From: an uncultured Nitrospiraceae bacterium
GTDB taxonomy: Bacteria > Nitrospirota > Thermodesulfovibrionia > Thermodesulfovibrionales > Dissulfurispiraceae
Assembly: GCA_947085205.1 (NCBI GenBank)
Contig: CAMTVO010000016.1
Coordinates: 1-38,443, forward strand
Reading direction: 5' to 3'
DNA: 38,443 nucleotides
The translations under genes were made by a program, and so were the position numbers. Of this stretch, positions 9,647 to 18,601 are shown one piece after another (position 1 is the first letter of the stretch; every line of letters starts with the position of its first letter). The notes beneath the pieces were generated by a model. The model saw nothing but the letters and a program-made list of their open reading frames with translations. It was not told where the DNA came from and ran no database searches.

Positions 9647-10435
9647 ATGACACAATATGTATATGCATATGATTCAAATAGATGTGTTCGCTGCCACGCC
9701 TGCGAGACAGCCTGTAAGATGGAAAATCAGGTTCATGTGGGGCATGGAGCAGGAGCCGCCGAGGGAGGTTATGGCTGGGGCGGACCTGGAGAAAAAGGAC
9801 CAAGATACCGCAGGGTGCGAACATTCGGAGATGGGCCCGGGACATATTTTCTTTCTATGTCCTGCAACCACTGCAGCGACCCTGTGTGCTGGAAGACATG
9901 TCCGCTCAAGGGCAAAGACCTTTTTGATCCAAAGGGTGCGATTTACAAGGAAAAAACAGTTGGCGCTGTCATAATCCAGAACGGAAAATCTGGCACGCCG
10001 AAAATCTGCGATCCTGAAAAAGCAAAGTGCGACAGAATATGTCAGAAGGCATGTCCATATGAGGCTCCTCAGTGGAACCCTGTCACAAAGGTGATGGAGA
10101 AATGCCACCTCTGTGTCCTCACAAGACTCAAAAGACCTGACCCTGATGGAGTTAAAAGACCAGCGTGTGTTGATATCTGCATGGGCAGGGCGCTTCAGAT
10201 AACAGATGAGAGGACAAAACCATACAAACTCGTCAGAAGCAATAAGGGAAGATACAAAGGAAAGACAGCAGATACTGAGGATGGAGGCGCAACAGCCTTT
10301 GTTGAAACAAAGGAAGGGATACCGCCTGATGAGCAGCATCCAGGTGACTTCACTACCGATTTAACAAAGGTCGGCGTTGCACCGCCGGACATCACAAAAC
10401 CGAATACTATCGTGAGACCGAAGGCGATGTGGTAA
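9647..10435 (+). CDS. 4Fe-4S electron-transfer subunit (DmsB/NrfC/PsrB-like)
   Basis: CxxCxxCxxxC, CNHCxxPxCxxxCP, a variant third motif, and KCxxC...PACxxxC; RBS AGGAGG. Confidence 0.9.
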   Translation: MTQYVYAYDSNRCVRCHACETACKMENQVHVGHGAGAAEGGYGWGGPGEKGPRYRRVRTFGDGPGTYFLSMSCNHCSDPVCWKTCPLKGKDLFDPKGAIYKEKTVGAVIIQNGKSGTPKICDPEKAKCDRICQKACPYEAPQWNPVTKVMEKCHLCVLTRLKRPDPDGVKRPACVDICMGRALQITDERTKPYKLVRSNKGRYKGKTADTEDGGATAFVETKEGIPPDEQHPGDFTTDLTKVGVAPPDITKPNTIVRPKAMW

Positions 10436-10449
10436 AAACGAGTAGATTT

Positions 10450-10476
10450 AACAAGGGGGACGAAGTCCCCCTTGTT
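10450..10476 (+). terminator. Strong intercistronic hairpin (partial terminator or mRNA stabiliser)
   Basis: AACAAGGGGGAC-GAA-GTCCCCCTTGTT, a perfect 12-bp stem; only a weak U-tract follows. Confidence 0.65.
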
Positions 10477-10493
10477 CCCCAAAGGAGGAGACC

Positions 10494-11195
10494 TTGAAGA
10501 CAGATTTTAAGACAGACTGGGAACTTGGAGCAAGGGTTTTTGGTTATAGTTTTCTTTTTAGAGGCTTTTTGGAAGAGCCGACAAAGGATTTTCTTGAGAA
10601 ATTAAAAAATGAGGCTTTTCTGTCTTACTTCCCTTACATAAATGAGAACGATGATATTAAAAATGGTGTTAGATTTGTGGAGTCATACATTAATGAGAGC
10701 TCCTCAATTGAAAAACTTACTGATGAATTAGCAGGCGACTATGCAGGGCTTTTTTTAGGCCCTGGCAAGGTGATAGCTCCTCCGTGGGAATCAGTATATG
10801 TTTCCGGAGGCGGACTCATTTTCCGTGAAGAGACCTTTGAGGTGAGGAAAAGATATGCAAAGCACGGGCTTTTACCTGAAAAGTTAAATAAGGAGCCTGA
10901 TGACCATGTAGGGCTTGAACTGCAATTTATGTATCTGCTTTCTTCAAAAACCATCGATGCCATAGATTCAGGAGACTACAAAAAGGCAAGGGAACTGTTT
11001 CATGATCAGAAAGAATTTCTGGAAGAACATCTGCTTAAATGGTCGCCAAGATTTTCAGACGATATATATCACAATGCAGAGACATCGTTCTATCGTGGAA
11101 TAGCAAGGATACTCAAGGGCTTTGTGACTGAAGATCATGGAAAATTAAATGAATTAAGCGGAATTTTTAATTTTGATACCGTAGACGTTTCATGA
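10494..11195 (+). CDS. TorD/DmsD family maturation chaperone
   Basis: YAGLFLGP, PPWESVY, EPDDHVGLELQFM and HLLKW; TTG start with AGGAGG. Confidence 0.92.
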   Translation: MKTDFKTDWELGARVFGYSFLFRGFLEEPTKDFLEKLKNEAFLSYFPYINENDDIKNGVRFVESYINESSSIEKLTDELAGDYAGLFLGPGKVIAPPWESVYVSGGGLIFREETFEVRKRYAKHGLLPEKLNKEPDDHVGLELQFMYLLSSKTIDAIDSGDYKKARELFHDQKEFLEEHLLKWSPRFSDDIYHNAETSFYRGIARILKGFVTEDHGKLNELSGIFNFDTVDVS

Positions 11196-11239
11196 AATTG
11201 AAGAACTTGAAAGAAACAATGAAATAAATGGAGGTTTTG

Positions 11240-12859
11240 ATGAAAAGGGCGATGATTGTTTTTCTTGTTTTATCGCTGATTTCTCCGTCTTCAGTATTTG
11301 CAATGGAGAAAGACGAGATTCTCAAAAAACTTGAAAATGTTCTTAAAAAGAACGAGGAGCTTTTCAAGGAAGTGGAGCAATTAAAAAGGCAGATGCAGGA
11401 TATAAAGTCAAAAGAGGATACTCAGGACAAAAAAATCTCTGCACAGGAAAAGAAAGTAAAGGATGTGGAAAAGCTTGCGAAAAAGGCAGAAGGCATCTCA
11501 AGGTTTGAGGTTTGGGGAGAATACAGGTTTAAAGCAGACTCTATCCATGCTAATTTTGACCGATTTACCGGATTCAGATGGAATCCGAATGTAACAATGG
11601 GCGGCGCAGCGATAGGCGCTTTCCAGCCTAAACAGTATGAGGAATTCACTGCAAGTGACAATAGCCTCCTGACAAACCGTTTAAGGCTTAAGTTTAAAGT
11701 AAAGGCAACAGATGATGTTGACTTTACAGGACGGCTTGCTATGTATAAGATATGGGGACATCAGACAGCAGCGCCGCTTGAGGGTAACTACGGCGGAAAC
11801 TATGGCTTTATGCCGCAGAATTCAATGCTTTTTGACGGCAACACATCGTATAAGCCTTCAGACAGCGCATTAAAGGTTGACAGGGCATTTGTAAACTGGT
11901 ATGAGCCTGGAGGATTCCCCGGTATAATATCAGTTGGAAGAAGACCTTCCGCAGGCGGTCCGCCTTTACATCTCAAGCAGGGTATTGAGCGGGATGCCAC
12001 GCCTGCAGGCCTCGGTGTTGATTATGCCATGGATGGGCTGGCAATTATATACACGCCTGATATTTCTTCGCTCCCCGGTTTTAAGGCACGCGCATGTTAC
12101 GGCAAGGGATTTGAATCAGGACTCAGAGACAGCAATGTAAACACACTTAAAGATGCAACATTTGCAGGTTTTAATTTTGATATATACGAGAACAGAGAAA
12201 CAGGAACACTTGCGCAGATTAACTTATACAGGGCCTTTAATCTCAATGACCTTCCTGAAAAGGCAACTGCAAATATCGGTGATGTTAACCATGCAACAGC
12301 GCTCTTTATGACAAAGACAGCAGGGCTTGACTGGTTTGCATCAGCAGGGTTGTCAAAAACATATCCAAAGAATGTCTCCGGCTGGAGACCTCGTGTAGAT
12401 ATGAATAGCGACGGCGATGTTGATGATGCTGGAGATGTTACCATGTCTCCCGGCGGGCTCCTTTATGACGAAGGCGGCAATAAAAAGGGACGTTCAGGTT
12501 ATGCTGTTCATGTTGGGACAAGGATTCCTTATGGAAAGAGCAAGTTCGGGCTTGAATATAACTATGGCTCAAAATACTGGGTGAACTTTACCCCTGCGTC
12601 TGACGATATTTACGGCAGCAAACTTGCAACCAAAGGACATGTTGGCGAACTTTACTGGCTCTATGACCTAACCAAAAAACCTGTGTGGAAGCTCAGCAAG
12701 GTGCTCTTCAGGTTGGGCTATCAGCATTATATATTTAATTACAGCGGAAGCGGATTGCTTTTGGGAGAGCCCAAGAAATTGAGCGGTAACCCGTCGCTTC
12801 TGTATCCGTCTCCGAGGACAATGGACAATGTATATGCATCATTTGATGTTCATTTCTAA
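11240..12859 (+). CDS. DUF3373-type outer-membrane porin with N-terminal coiled coil
   Basis: Signal peptide, coiled coil, RLAMYKIWG, SVGRRPS, EYNYGSKYW and a terminal F; start chosen from GGAGG spacing. Confidence 0.75.
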   Translation: MKRAMIVFLVLSLISPSSVFAMEKDEILKKLENVLKKNEELFKEVEQLKRQMQDIKSKEDTQDKKISAQEKKVKDVEKLAKKAEGISRFEVWGEYRFKADSIHANFDRFTGFRWNPNVTMGGAAIGAFQPKQYEEFTASDNSLLTNRLRLKFKVKATDDVDFTGRLAMYKIWGHQTAAPLEGNYGGNYGFMPQNSMLFDGNTSYKPSDSALKVDRAFVNWYEPGGFPGIISVGRRPSAGGPPLHLKQGIERDATPAGLGVDYAMDGLAIIYTPDISSLPGFKARACYGKGFESGLRDSNVNTLKDATFAGFNFDIYENRETGTLAQINLYRAFNLNDLPEKATANIGDVNHATALFMTKTAGLDWFASAGLSKTYPKNVSGWRPRVDMNSDGDVDDAGDVTMSPGGLLYDEGGNKKGRSGYAVHVGTRIPYGKSKFGLEYNYGSKYWVNFTPASDDIYGSKLATKGHVGELYWLYDLTKKPVWKLSKVLFRLGYQHYIFNYSGSGLLLGEPKKLSGNPSLLYPSPRTMDNVYASFDVHF

Positions 12860-12874
12860 AATCATGAGAAAGAG

Positions 12875-13294
12875 GTGAATGAAGTGATATTTGGTTTAGA
12901 GATTAAAAAAGATAACCCTAACATAGTAGTAGAGCAACATGGCAATAGGTCATCAGCGCCACAGCGCTACTGCTCTGCTGCGCTACTGCTCTTCTTTATT
13001 TTCTTTCCTGCGGCTGCCTTTTCATTTGATGTAGAGATAGTGGCAGATCCCTCTTCAGGTGAGGCGCCACTGGAAGTAGAATTCTCAGCAGTAGTTAAGG
13101 CTGGGACCGCAAAAAGTTTCCAATGGGAATTTGGAGATGGTGGAAAGTGCAAAGAGCAAAATTGTAATCATACCTTCAACAGAGGAGGTACATACACAGT
13201 TAAGCTTACTGTTGTGAGTGATGCTGGCGTCACGGTTACCAAAACCATGTCCTTTGAGGTTCAGAGAAGGAAGGGCGGTTGACCGACTGCTTAA
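12875..13294 (+). CDS. Secreted PKD (Ig-like) domain protein; ends at 13282 unless the TGA is read as Sec (…RKGG-U-PTA, stop at 13294)
   Basis: Hydrophobic signal ending AAFS; PKD motifs GEAPLEVEF, WEFGDG and GTYTVKLTV; TGA 13280-13282 followed by a SECIS-like hairpin. The start codon is uncertain. Confidence 0.7.
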
Positions 13295-13312
13295 TCGCAT
13301 CTGGAGATGCGA
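13295..13312 (+). promoter_or_regulatory. Candidate SECIS element of the PKD gene
   Basis: TCGCATC-TGGA-GATGCGA starts 12 nt after the TGA; G is second in the loop; no U-tract follows. Confidence 0.55.
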
Positions 13313-13464
13313 AAAACTGAGTATAAAATAACCGATAAGATGATGAACGACACGATTTAAGCAAAATTATTAGAGGATGAAAAGGCAAAGAAAAGCATTG
13401 ATGACATCTTATGCCTTCGTGAAGGGCATAAGGAATGAGTAACAAACAGAGAAAGGAGGAAGGA

Positions 13465-15861
13465 ATGAGTAACAGTAATCTATCAAGAAGAGATTTTCTG
13501 AAGTATGCAGGTGCAGGTGCAGTTATAGCTGGAATGCCATCAATACTTTATGGCGAAACAAAAGAAAAGGCCCCGAAGCCTTACACAGAAGACGGCATAG
13601 CCCCTGTGCCTGACAAAGTTGTTACAGCAGGCTGTCCGTGGTGTCAGACAGGCTGCAGTATGAAGGTTCATGTAAAGGATGGCAGGATTGTGAATATTTA
13701 TGGCAATCCTGATGACCCTGTGACAGGCGGAAAGCTCTGTCCCAAGGGGCAGGCAAGTATAGGTTTGCTTTATAACAAATACCGCCTGAAGTCGCCATTA
13801 AAACGAATTGGACCAAGGGGCAAGCCAGAATCCTATCAGGAGATAAGCTGGGAACAGGCATTAACAGAGATTGCTGAGAAGTTGAAAATGGTGAAGGAGA
13901 AATACGGACCTGAAGCCTTTGCATGGTGGACTGCCGGTAGGAGCGAATCACAGGCAAGGGCAGGACTTACAGGTACATTTGAAAAACTTTATGGCACACC
14001 GCATCGTGAGGGCACAGGGCCCTTCTGTAACCTTGCAGGAACATCTGCTTCCAACTCTATCTTAGGACACAATAATCCACCATGGATATATACGAGGGAA
14101 GACTTCGGCAACGCAGACTGGTATATGTTTGTCGGCAGCAATTCGGCAGCCTGTAAGACCGTGGCTTTCGGTATGGTAAATGACGAGAGGGTAAAGAGAA
14201 AGATAAGACTCATTGTCGTTGACCCGAGGATGACAGAGACTGCGAGCAGGGCTGATTTGTGGCTTCCCATTAAACCGTCCACAGATATGGCATTGGCGCT
14301 CTCAATGATGTATCACATTATTGAGAAAGACCTGCACAACAAGGAATTCATTGATAAAAAGGTGCTTGGTTTTGACAGGCTCAAGGCATTTCTCTTTGAA
14401 AAAAAATACACGCCTGAATGGGCAGAGAAGGTGACAGGCATTCCGGCAAAGACAATCAAGGGTATTGCTGAAGAATACGCAAAGACAGAGAAGGCGATTA
14501 TCATGGGCAATGCCGGATTGAGTCACCATACAAACGGTCATCTGACCCACAGAGCGTTCTTTATGCTCGCGGCAATAACAGGGCATTTCGGCAAGCCCTC
14601 GATGGGCTATGGATGCGGCAATACAGGGGCTACACCAATGGGAAGCATCTCAGTGCCCCCTGAAAAAGAAGTAAAACCTAAAAAACAGAGGCTCGGGAGG
14701 TCGCCTGCTGCATGGGTTGAGCCGATGATTACAGGAAAGCCTTATCCCATAAAAGCATTCATGTCAACATGCAATCCCCTCGTACAGTGGGGAGACATTG
14801 AAAGGGTAATGACAGCACTGGATAACCTTGATGTCTCGGTATATTACAATATGTTCCCGAGCATTGAGACGCTCTATTTTGACTACATCCTTCCTATCTC
14901 TCCATGGGCTGAATCAGGAGGTGTGGCGCCGGTATCGGATGAGAGGAGGAATGTCTTTGTCCCGCAGATTATTCAACCGTTGCATCAGGCAAAGCCTGAG
15001 AGGTGGATATTTATTGAACTTGGACAGAAGATGGGCTGGGGTGATATTTTTAAGGACGAATACAAAGACCCTGTGGTTTTACAGAGGGCGATGGCAAAAA
15101 AGACAGGCTTTTCGCCTGAACGGTTCTTTGCCAAAAAAGATTACGCCTTAAGAGGCCCCCTCCCCTCTCCTGACGCCCCTGAAATCGGCACACTCTATAC
15201 CGAGGCACACGGAGTGCCGGGCAAAAAGGGACAGTTCCCGAGACCTTCGGGCAAGATAGAGATATGGACGGAAGATTTGGAAAAGGCATATAAGGCTCAA
15301 GGTATAAGTCCTCTGCCTGAATTTTATGTTGACCCGGAGATAGGCATGAAGGATGGGCTTCCCTACCTTGAATATCTTGATGACGATTCATCAGAAGGGG
15401 TCACATCTCAGATGAAAGGGATCGTGGCTGTCGGCAATATGAGGGCGCTCCGCGTAAAGATCAAATACCCCGAGAAACCTGAAATATCAGGCTTTAACAT
15501 GTATCTTACCTCTGGCAGACCCTCTGCATCGCATTTTGGCGACGGCTCACACTGGATATGGAGTCTTAATGAGCAGATGCCTGACCAGTACTGCATGATT
15601 CATCCTGAAAAGGCTAAAGAGACAGGGGTTAAAGACGGCGATATGGTCAAAGTAGAAGGACTGAAAGGCTCTGTTACAGCAAAGGCATGGGTTTACGAAG
15701 GTATAAGGAAGGATACGGTTTTTGTACCGAACACATATTCAGAAAAACAGCCCTTTACCCAGTGGAGGTCATTAAACTTTATTGTTGATAAAAACAAACG
15801 GTGCCCTGTATCAGACCAGATAAACTATAAAGGGCTGATATGCAGGGTCACAAAGGCATAA
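13465..15861 (+). CDS. Second Tat-exported Mo/W-bisPGD oxidoreductase catalytic subunit (Cys ligand)
   Basis: RBS AGGAGG; SRRDFLK; CPWCQTGC...LCPKG; YGTPHREGTGPFC; VDPRMTET; YPIKA; C-terminal domain IV. Confidence 0.92.
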   Translation: MSNSNLSRRDFLKYAGAGAVIAGMPSILYGETKEKAPKPYTEDGIAPVPDKVVTAGCPWCQTGCSMKVHVKDGRIVNIYGNPDDPVTGGKLCPKGQASIGLLYNKYRLKSPLKRIGPRGKPESYQEISWEQALTEIAEKLKMVKEKYGPEAFAWWTAGRSESQARAGLTGTFEKLYGTPHREGTGPFCNLAGTSASNSILGHNNPPWIYTREDFGNADWYMFVGSNSAACKTVAFGMVNDERVKRKIRLIVVDPRMTETASRADLWLPIKPSTDMALALSMMYHIIEKDLHNKEFIDKKVLGFDRLKAFLFEKKYTPEWAEKVTGIPAKTIKGIAEEYAKTEKAIIMGNAGLSHHTNGHLTHRAFFMLAAITGHFGKPSMGYGCGNTGATPMGSISVPPEKEVKPKKQRLGRSPAAWVEPMITGKPYPIKAFMSTCNPLVQWGDIERVMTALDNLDVSVYYNMFPSIETLYFDYILPISPWAESGGVAPVSDERRNVFVPQIIQPLHQAKPERWIFIELGQKMGWGDIFKDEYKDPVVLQRAMAKKTGFSPERFFAKKDYALRGPLPSPDAPEIGTLYTEAHGVPGKKGQFPRPSGKIEIWTEDLEKAYKAQGISPLPEFYVDPEIGMKDGLPYLEYLDDDSSEGVTSQMKGIVAVGNMRALRVKIKYPEKPEISGFNMYLTSGRPSASHFGDGSHWIWSLNEQMPDQYCMIHPEKAKETGVKDGDMVKVEGLKGSVTAKAWVYEGIRKDTVFVPNTYSEKQPFTQWRSLNFIVDKNKRCPVSDQINYKGLICRVTKA

Positions 15862-15879
15862 CAAGGGAGGGATATAATA

Positions 15880-16413
15880 ATGAGTCAGTATTCAATAATG
15901 GTTGATACAGAGAGGTGCATTGGCTGCAAGTCATGTGAAACTGCCTGCAAGCTGGAAAACGGCATACCAGCAGGCAGATACAGGATAAAGAACCTTTGGA
16001 TAAACCCTCAGGGAGGCAAAAGGCTTGATTTTATGACCATGCCTTGCATGCACTGCGAAAAGCCTGCATGTGCTGCTTCATGTCCTGTAAAGGCTATTTC
16101 AAAGCGAAAAGAGGACGGTATTGTTTTGATAGACAAGAAAAAGTGTAATGGGTGCCAGTACTGTGTCCATGCCTGTCCTTACGGAGCTATTAACTTTGAT
16201 GCAGAAAAAAAGGTTGCGGACAAATGCACATATTGTCTGCACAGGCTTCAGAGAGGCGAGGAGCCTGCCTGCGTGTCCAAATGTTCTGGACATGCGTTAA
16301 GCCTTGGCAAAAAAGATGACCTCATTGCAAAGGCGAAATCTGGCGGTCGGAAAACAAGGGACATCAATAAATTCGGTATAAACCCATCAACATTTTATTT
16401 AGAGAGGGTATGA
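15880..16413 (+). CDS. 4Fe-4S electron-transfer subunit (DmsB/NrfC-like)
   Basis: Four canonical Cys clusters (CIGCKSCETAC, CMHCEKPACAASCP, CNGCQYCVHACP, KCTYC..PACVSKC). Confidence 0.93.
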   Translation: MSQYSIMVDTERCIGCKSCETACKLENGIPAGRYRIKNLWINPQGGKRLDFMTMPCMHCEKPACAASCPVKAISKRKEDGIVLIDKKKCNGCQYCVHACPYGAINFDAEKKVADKCTYCLHRLQRGEEPACVSKCSGHALSLGKKDDLIAKAKSGGRKTRDINKFGINPSTFYLERV

Positions 16414-16862
16414 CCATGAAAAAGCGCAAAGTTCAAGGTTCAAAGTTAAAAGTTAAAAGTTTTTTCAAAAAACTGTTCACTGTTCACTGTTCACTGTTCA
16501 CTGTTTTCTTCCTGTTCACTGTCGTTGATGCGGATGCCTCGGAAAAGGCAAAGAAATATCCTAACTGGTATGAGATGCACATTAAGCAGGGCATAATTAA
16601 AGAAGATGGAAGCGGCGCTGCACAGGGTGTTGCAGGGGATGCAATTATGCGTGCAATACAGGCTCGGCGTGTGGATGGCTTGAATCCGCAGGTCTGTGTT
16701 GGCTGCCACAGCAAAGGCGGTCCAGGGACATGGCTCTATGGAAATCCCAAATATATGCAGGTGAAATGGACGCCTGCTAAAAAGTATAAAAAGACAGCAG
16801 CCGATAGAGTTGAGGTGAAAAGGCCGTATATAAGTGGTATAAAGGTTAGTGAAGACCAATAG
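16410..16862 (+). CDS. Small exported protein with one CxxCH (putative monoheme cytochrome c)
   Basis: Signal peptide ending ADA; CVGCH; translationally coupled on both sides. Confidence 0.6.
   Translation: MTMKKRKVQGSKLKVKSFFKKLFTVHCSLFTVFFLFTVVDADASEKAKKYPNWYEMHIKQGIIKEDGSGAAQGVAGDAIMRAIQARRVDGLNPQVCVGCHSKGGPGTWLYGNPKYMQVKWTPAKKYKKTAADRVEVKRPYISGIKVSEDQ
16427..16506. repeat. Heptamer tandem repeats (MAARGTT)x5 and (ACTGTTC)x5
   Basis: Read directly at 16427-16461 and 16472-16506. Confidence 0.85.
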
Positions 16863-17463
16863 CAAAATACTGCCTGCTGATATATTTGCCCAGTTGAGCG
16901 AATTTTTCAAGGAGCCTACAGAGGAATTTGCAGAGGATGTGTCCTCTGGGAGGCTCCTTGAGTTCTTTCAGACAGTCTTTGAAAGTTTCGGAATAGATGA
17001 CACACCGGTTTTAGATGGCGTAAAGGTCGAAGGGGATGTTTTCACTGTTCTCAAGGAAGAGTATAAAAGGCTTTTTGTTGGTCCCTTGCCCCTCTATATT
17101 GTACCTGTTGAGAGCGTTTATAAAGTCTGGACTTCAGACCCTGAATGTAAGCTGCCCATTGCAGCAGAAAAAGGCTATCTGATGGGGGACCCTGCGATAG
17201 ATATGATAAAGAGGTATCAAGAACAGGGAATTGTAATACCTGATAAATATTCCTCTATGCCTGACCACATTGCCCTTGAGCTGGAATATATGGCATTTTT
17301 GCTAACCAACGGTGATGAGGAAAATCAGAAAGAGTTCATGGCTTCTCATCTTGACTGGCTGGATGAACTTGCAGAGGATATCAAGAATTTTAAAATGGGC
17401 AGCAGCTTTTATTCCGCAGGTGCAGAAGTAACTGCTCTCATCGTTTCTCAATGTATTAAATAA
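16849..17463 (+). CDS. Second TorD/DmsD family chaperone
   Basis: EYKRLFVGP, PVESVY, PDHIALELEYM and HLDW. Confidence 0.9.
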   Translation: MKTNSKILPADIFAQLSEFFKEPTEEFAEDVSSGRLLEFFQTVFESFGIDDTPVLDGVKVEGDVFTVLKEEYKRLFVGPLPLYIVPVESVYKVWTSDPECKLPIAAEKGYLMGDPAIDMIKRYQEQGIVIPDKYSSMPDHIALELEYMAFLLTNGDEENQKEFMASHLDWLDELAEDIKNFKMGSSFYSAGAEVTALIVSQCIK

Positions 17464-17473
17464 ATATAATCAG

Positions 17474-18538
17474 CCATTCAAGAGAGGGCACGCATGTTAT
17501 TCAAACGCAACGCACCTTGTCATTGCGGATGATAAACATAAAAACAACAGGAAATTCCTGAGAATGAATGATATTGACCCCGCTTTGACAGGCGATGCAG
17601 GAAATGCCTTTGTCGTTCTCTCAAAGGACACTATACCTGTTGCCTTTGATAAGGCTGAAGAGGCTGCGCTCGATGCAGATACGCCAATAAAGGATTCTGC
17701 CGGAAAGGAGATAAAGGTAAAGACCTCTTTCTGCCTTATGAAGGAAGGCGTGATGGAGCACACCATTGATGAGTATGCAAAACTGGCAGGAGTTGAAAAG
17801 TCGCAGATTGAAAAGGCTGTAAAGGAGTTCACCTCCTATGGCACAAGGGCTGCTGTTACACAGTATCACGGCGCAGGGAATTATATAAGCGGAACCTATG
17901 CATCCTATCCTGTGGCAGTTCTCAATGCGATGGTTGGAAATGTTGACCGGAAGGGAGGATACATGATAGGCGGAGGCGGCGCAGCCGCATGGAACACCGG
18001 CATGTATGACCTCAAGGAATTCGCAGGCAAGAGAAAACTGCAGGGGCCGATTATCACAAGAGAGAAGTTCGCCACACCCCATGCGCCTACCCTCAAGTTT
18101 GCAGGAGTGCGCACCCCGACCATTGAGCCACTTACAGGCACAACATCTGATGGCAGACCGTTCTCTGAAGAGACATTCTTAATTGATGTCGCAAAGGCGG
18201 CAGGACTGCCCGGCTTCGGAGACAATGCCATCAAAGGTAAGGATGGAAAGATGTATCCGCTCAACAAAGCTGAAGGCTACTACCTAAGGGCTATCGCCAA
18301 TGTTGCAACAGGCGCAAAGGTTTCTCAGGCATCTCAGGAGGAGATAGACTTTGTCGAAAGGAACTACCCTGTTGCAAAACACAAGGACATGCTTCCAGAA
18401 AGCGAATGGAAACAGGTCTGTTATGTGCTTGCGAGGGGCGGGGTTTTTGACAAGAGCTACGAAGATGTGTTTGACGGTGAAAAGCACAAATTGCCTTTAC
18501 TTTTAATCGATTTTTCCTGTATTCTTAAAAATCCGTGA
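17474..18538 (+). pseudogene. ttrA: Internal fragment of a tetrathionate reductase subunit A-like gene
   Basis: The frame is open upstream of the called Met (YSNATHLVI) and contains KEFTSYGTRAAV, LNAMVGNVDRKGG, PGFGDNAI and LARGG. There is no Tat/Fe-S N-terminus, no RBS and no C-terminal domain. Confidence 0.75.
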
Positions 18539-18543
18539 TAAGA

Positions 18544-18599
18544 AATGCGTGATGCGTAATGAGTGATAAGTTACGGATTACGGATTACGGATTACGCAA
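18544..18599. repeat. Heptamer tandem repeats (RATGCGT-like x4, then TACGGAT x3-4)
   Basis: Read directly; the two arrays are roughly complementary. Confidence 0.75.
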
Positions 18600-18601
18600 T
18601 C

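Noticed and set aside
13378..13432. Multi-TGA micro-ORF with hairpin CTTATGCC...GGCATAAG as another selenoprotein
   Set aside because: No start or RBS in that frame, the hairpin is too close to the nearest TGAs, and no protein motif is recognisable; more likely an mRNA structure.
5324..17463. Specific gene names (arrA, psrA, phsA, srrA, fdh) for the two intact Mo enzymes
   Set aside because: The active-site segments do not match any of these closely enough by eye; a phylogeny is needed.
18563..18601. N-terminal extension of the PHP gene (MISYGLRITDYAI)
   Set aside because: It is a translation of the heptamer repeat; the family motif starts at MIDLHTH (18602).
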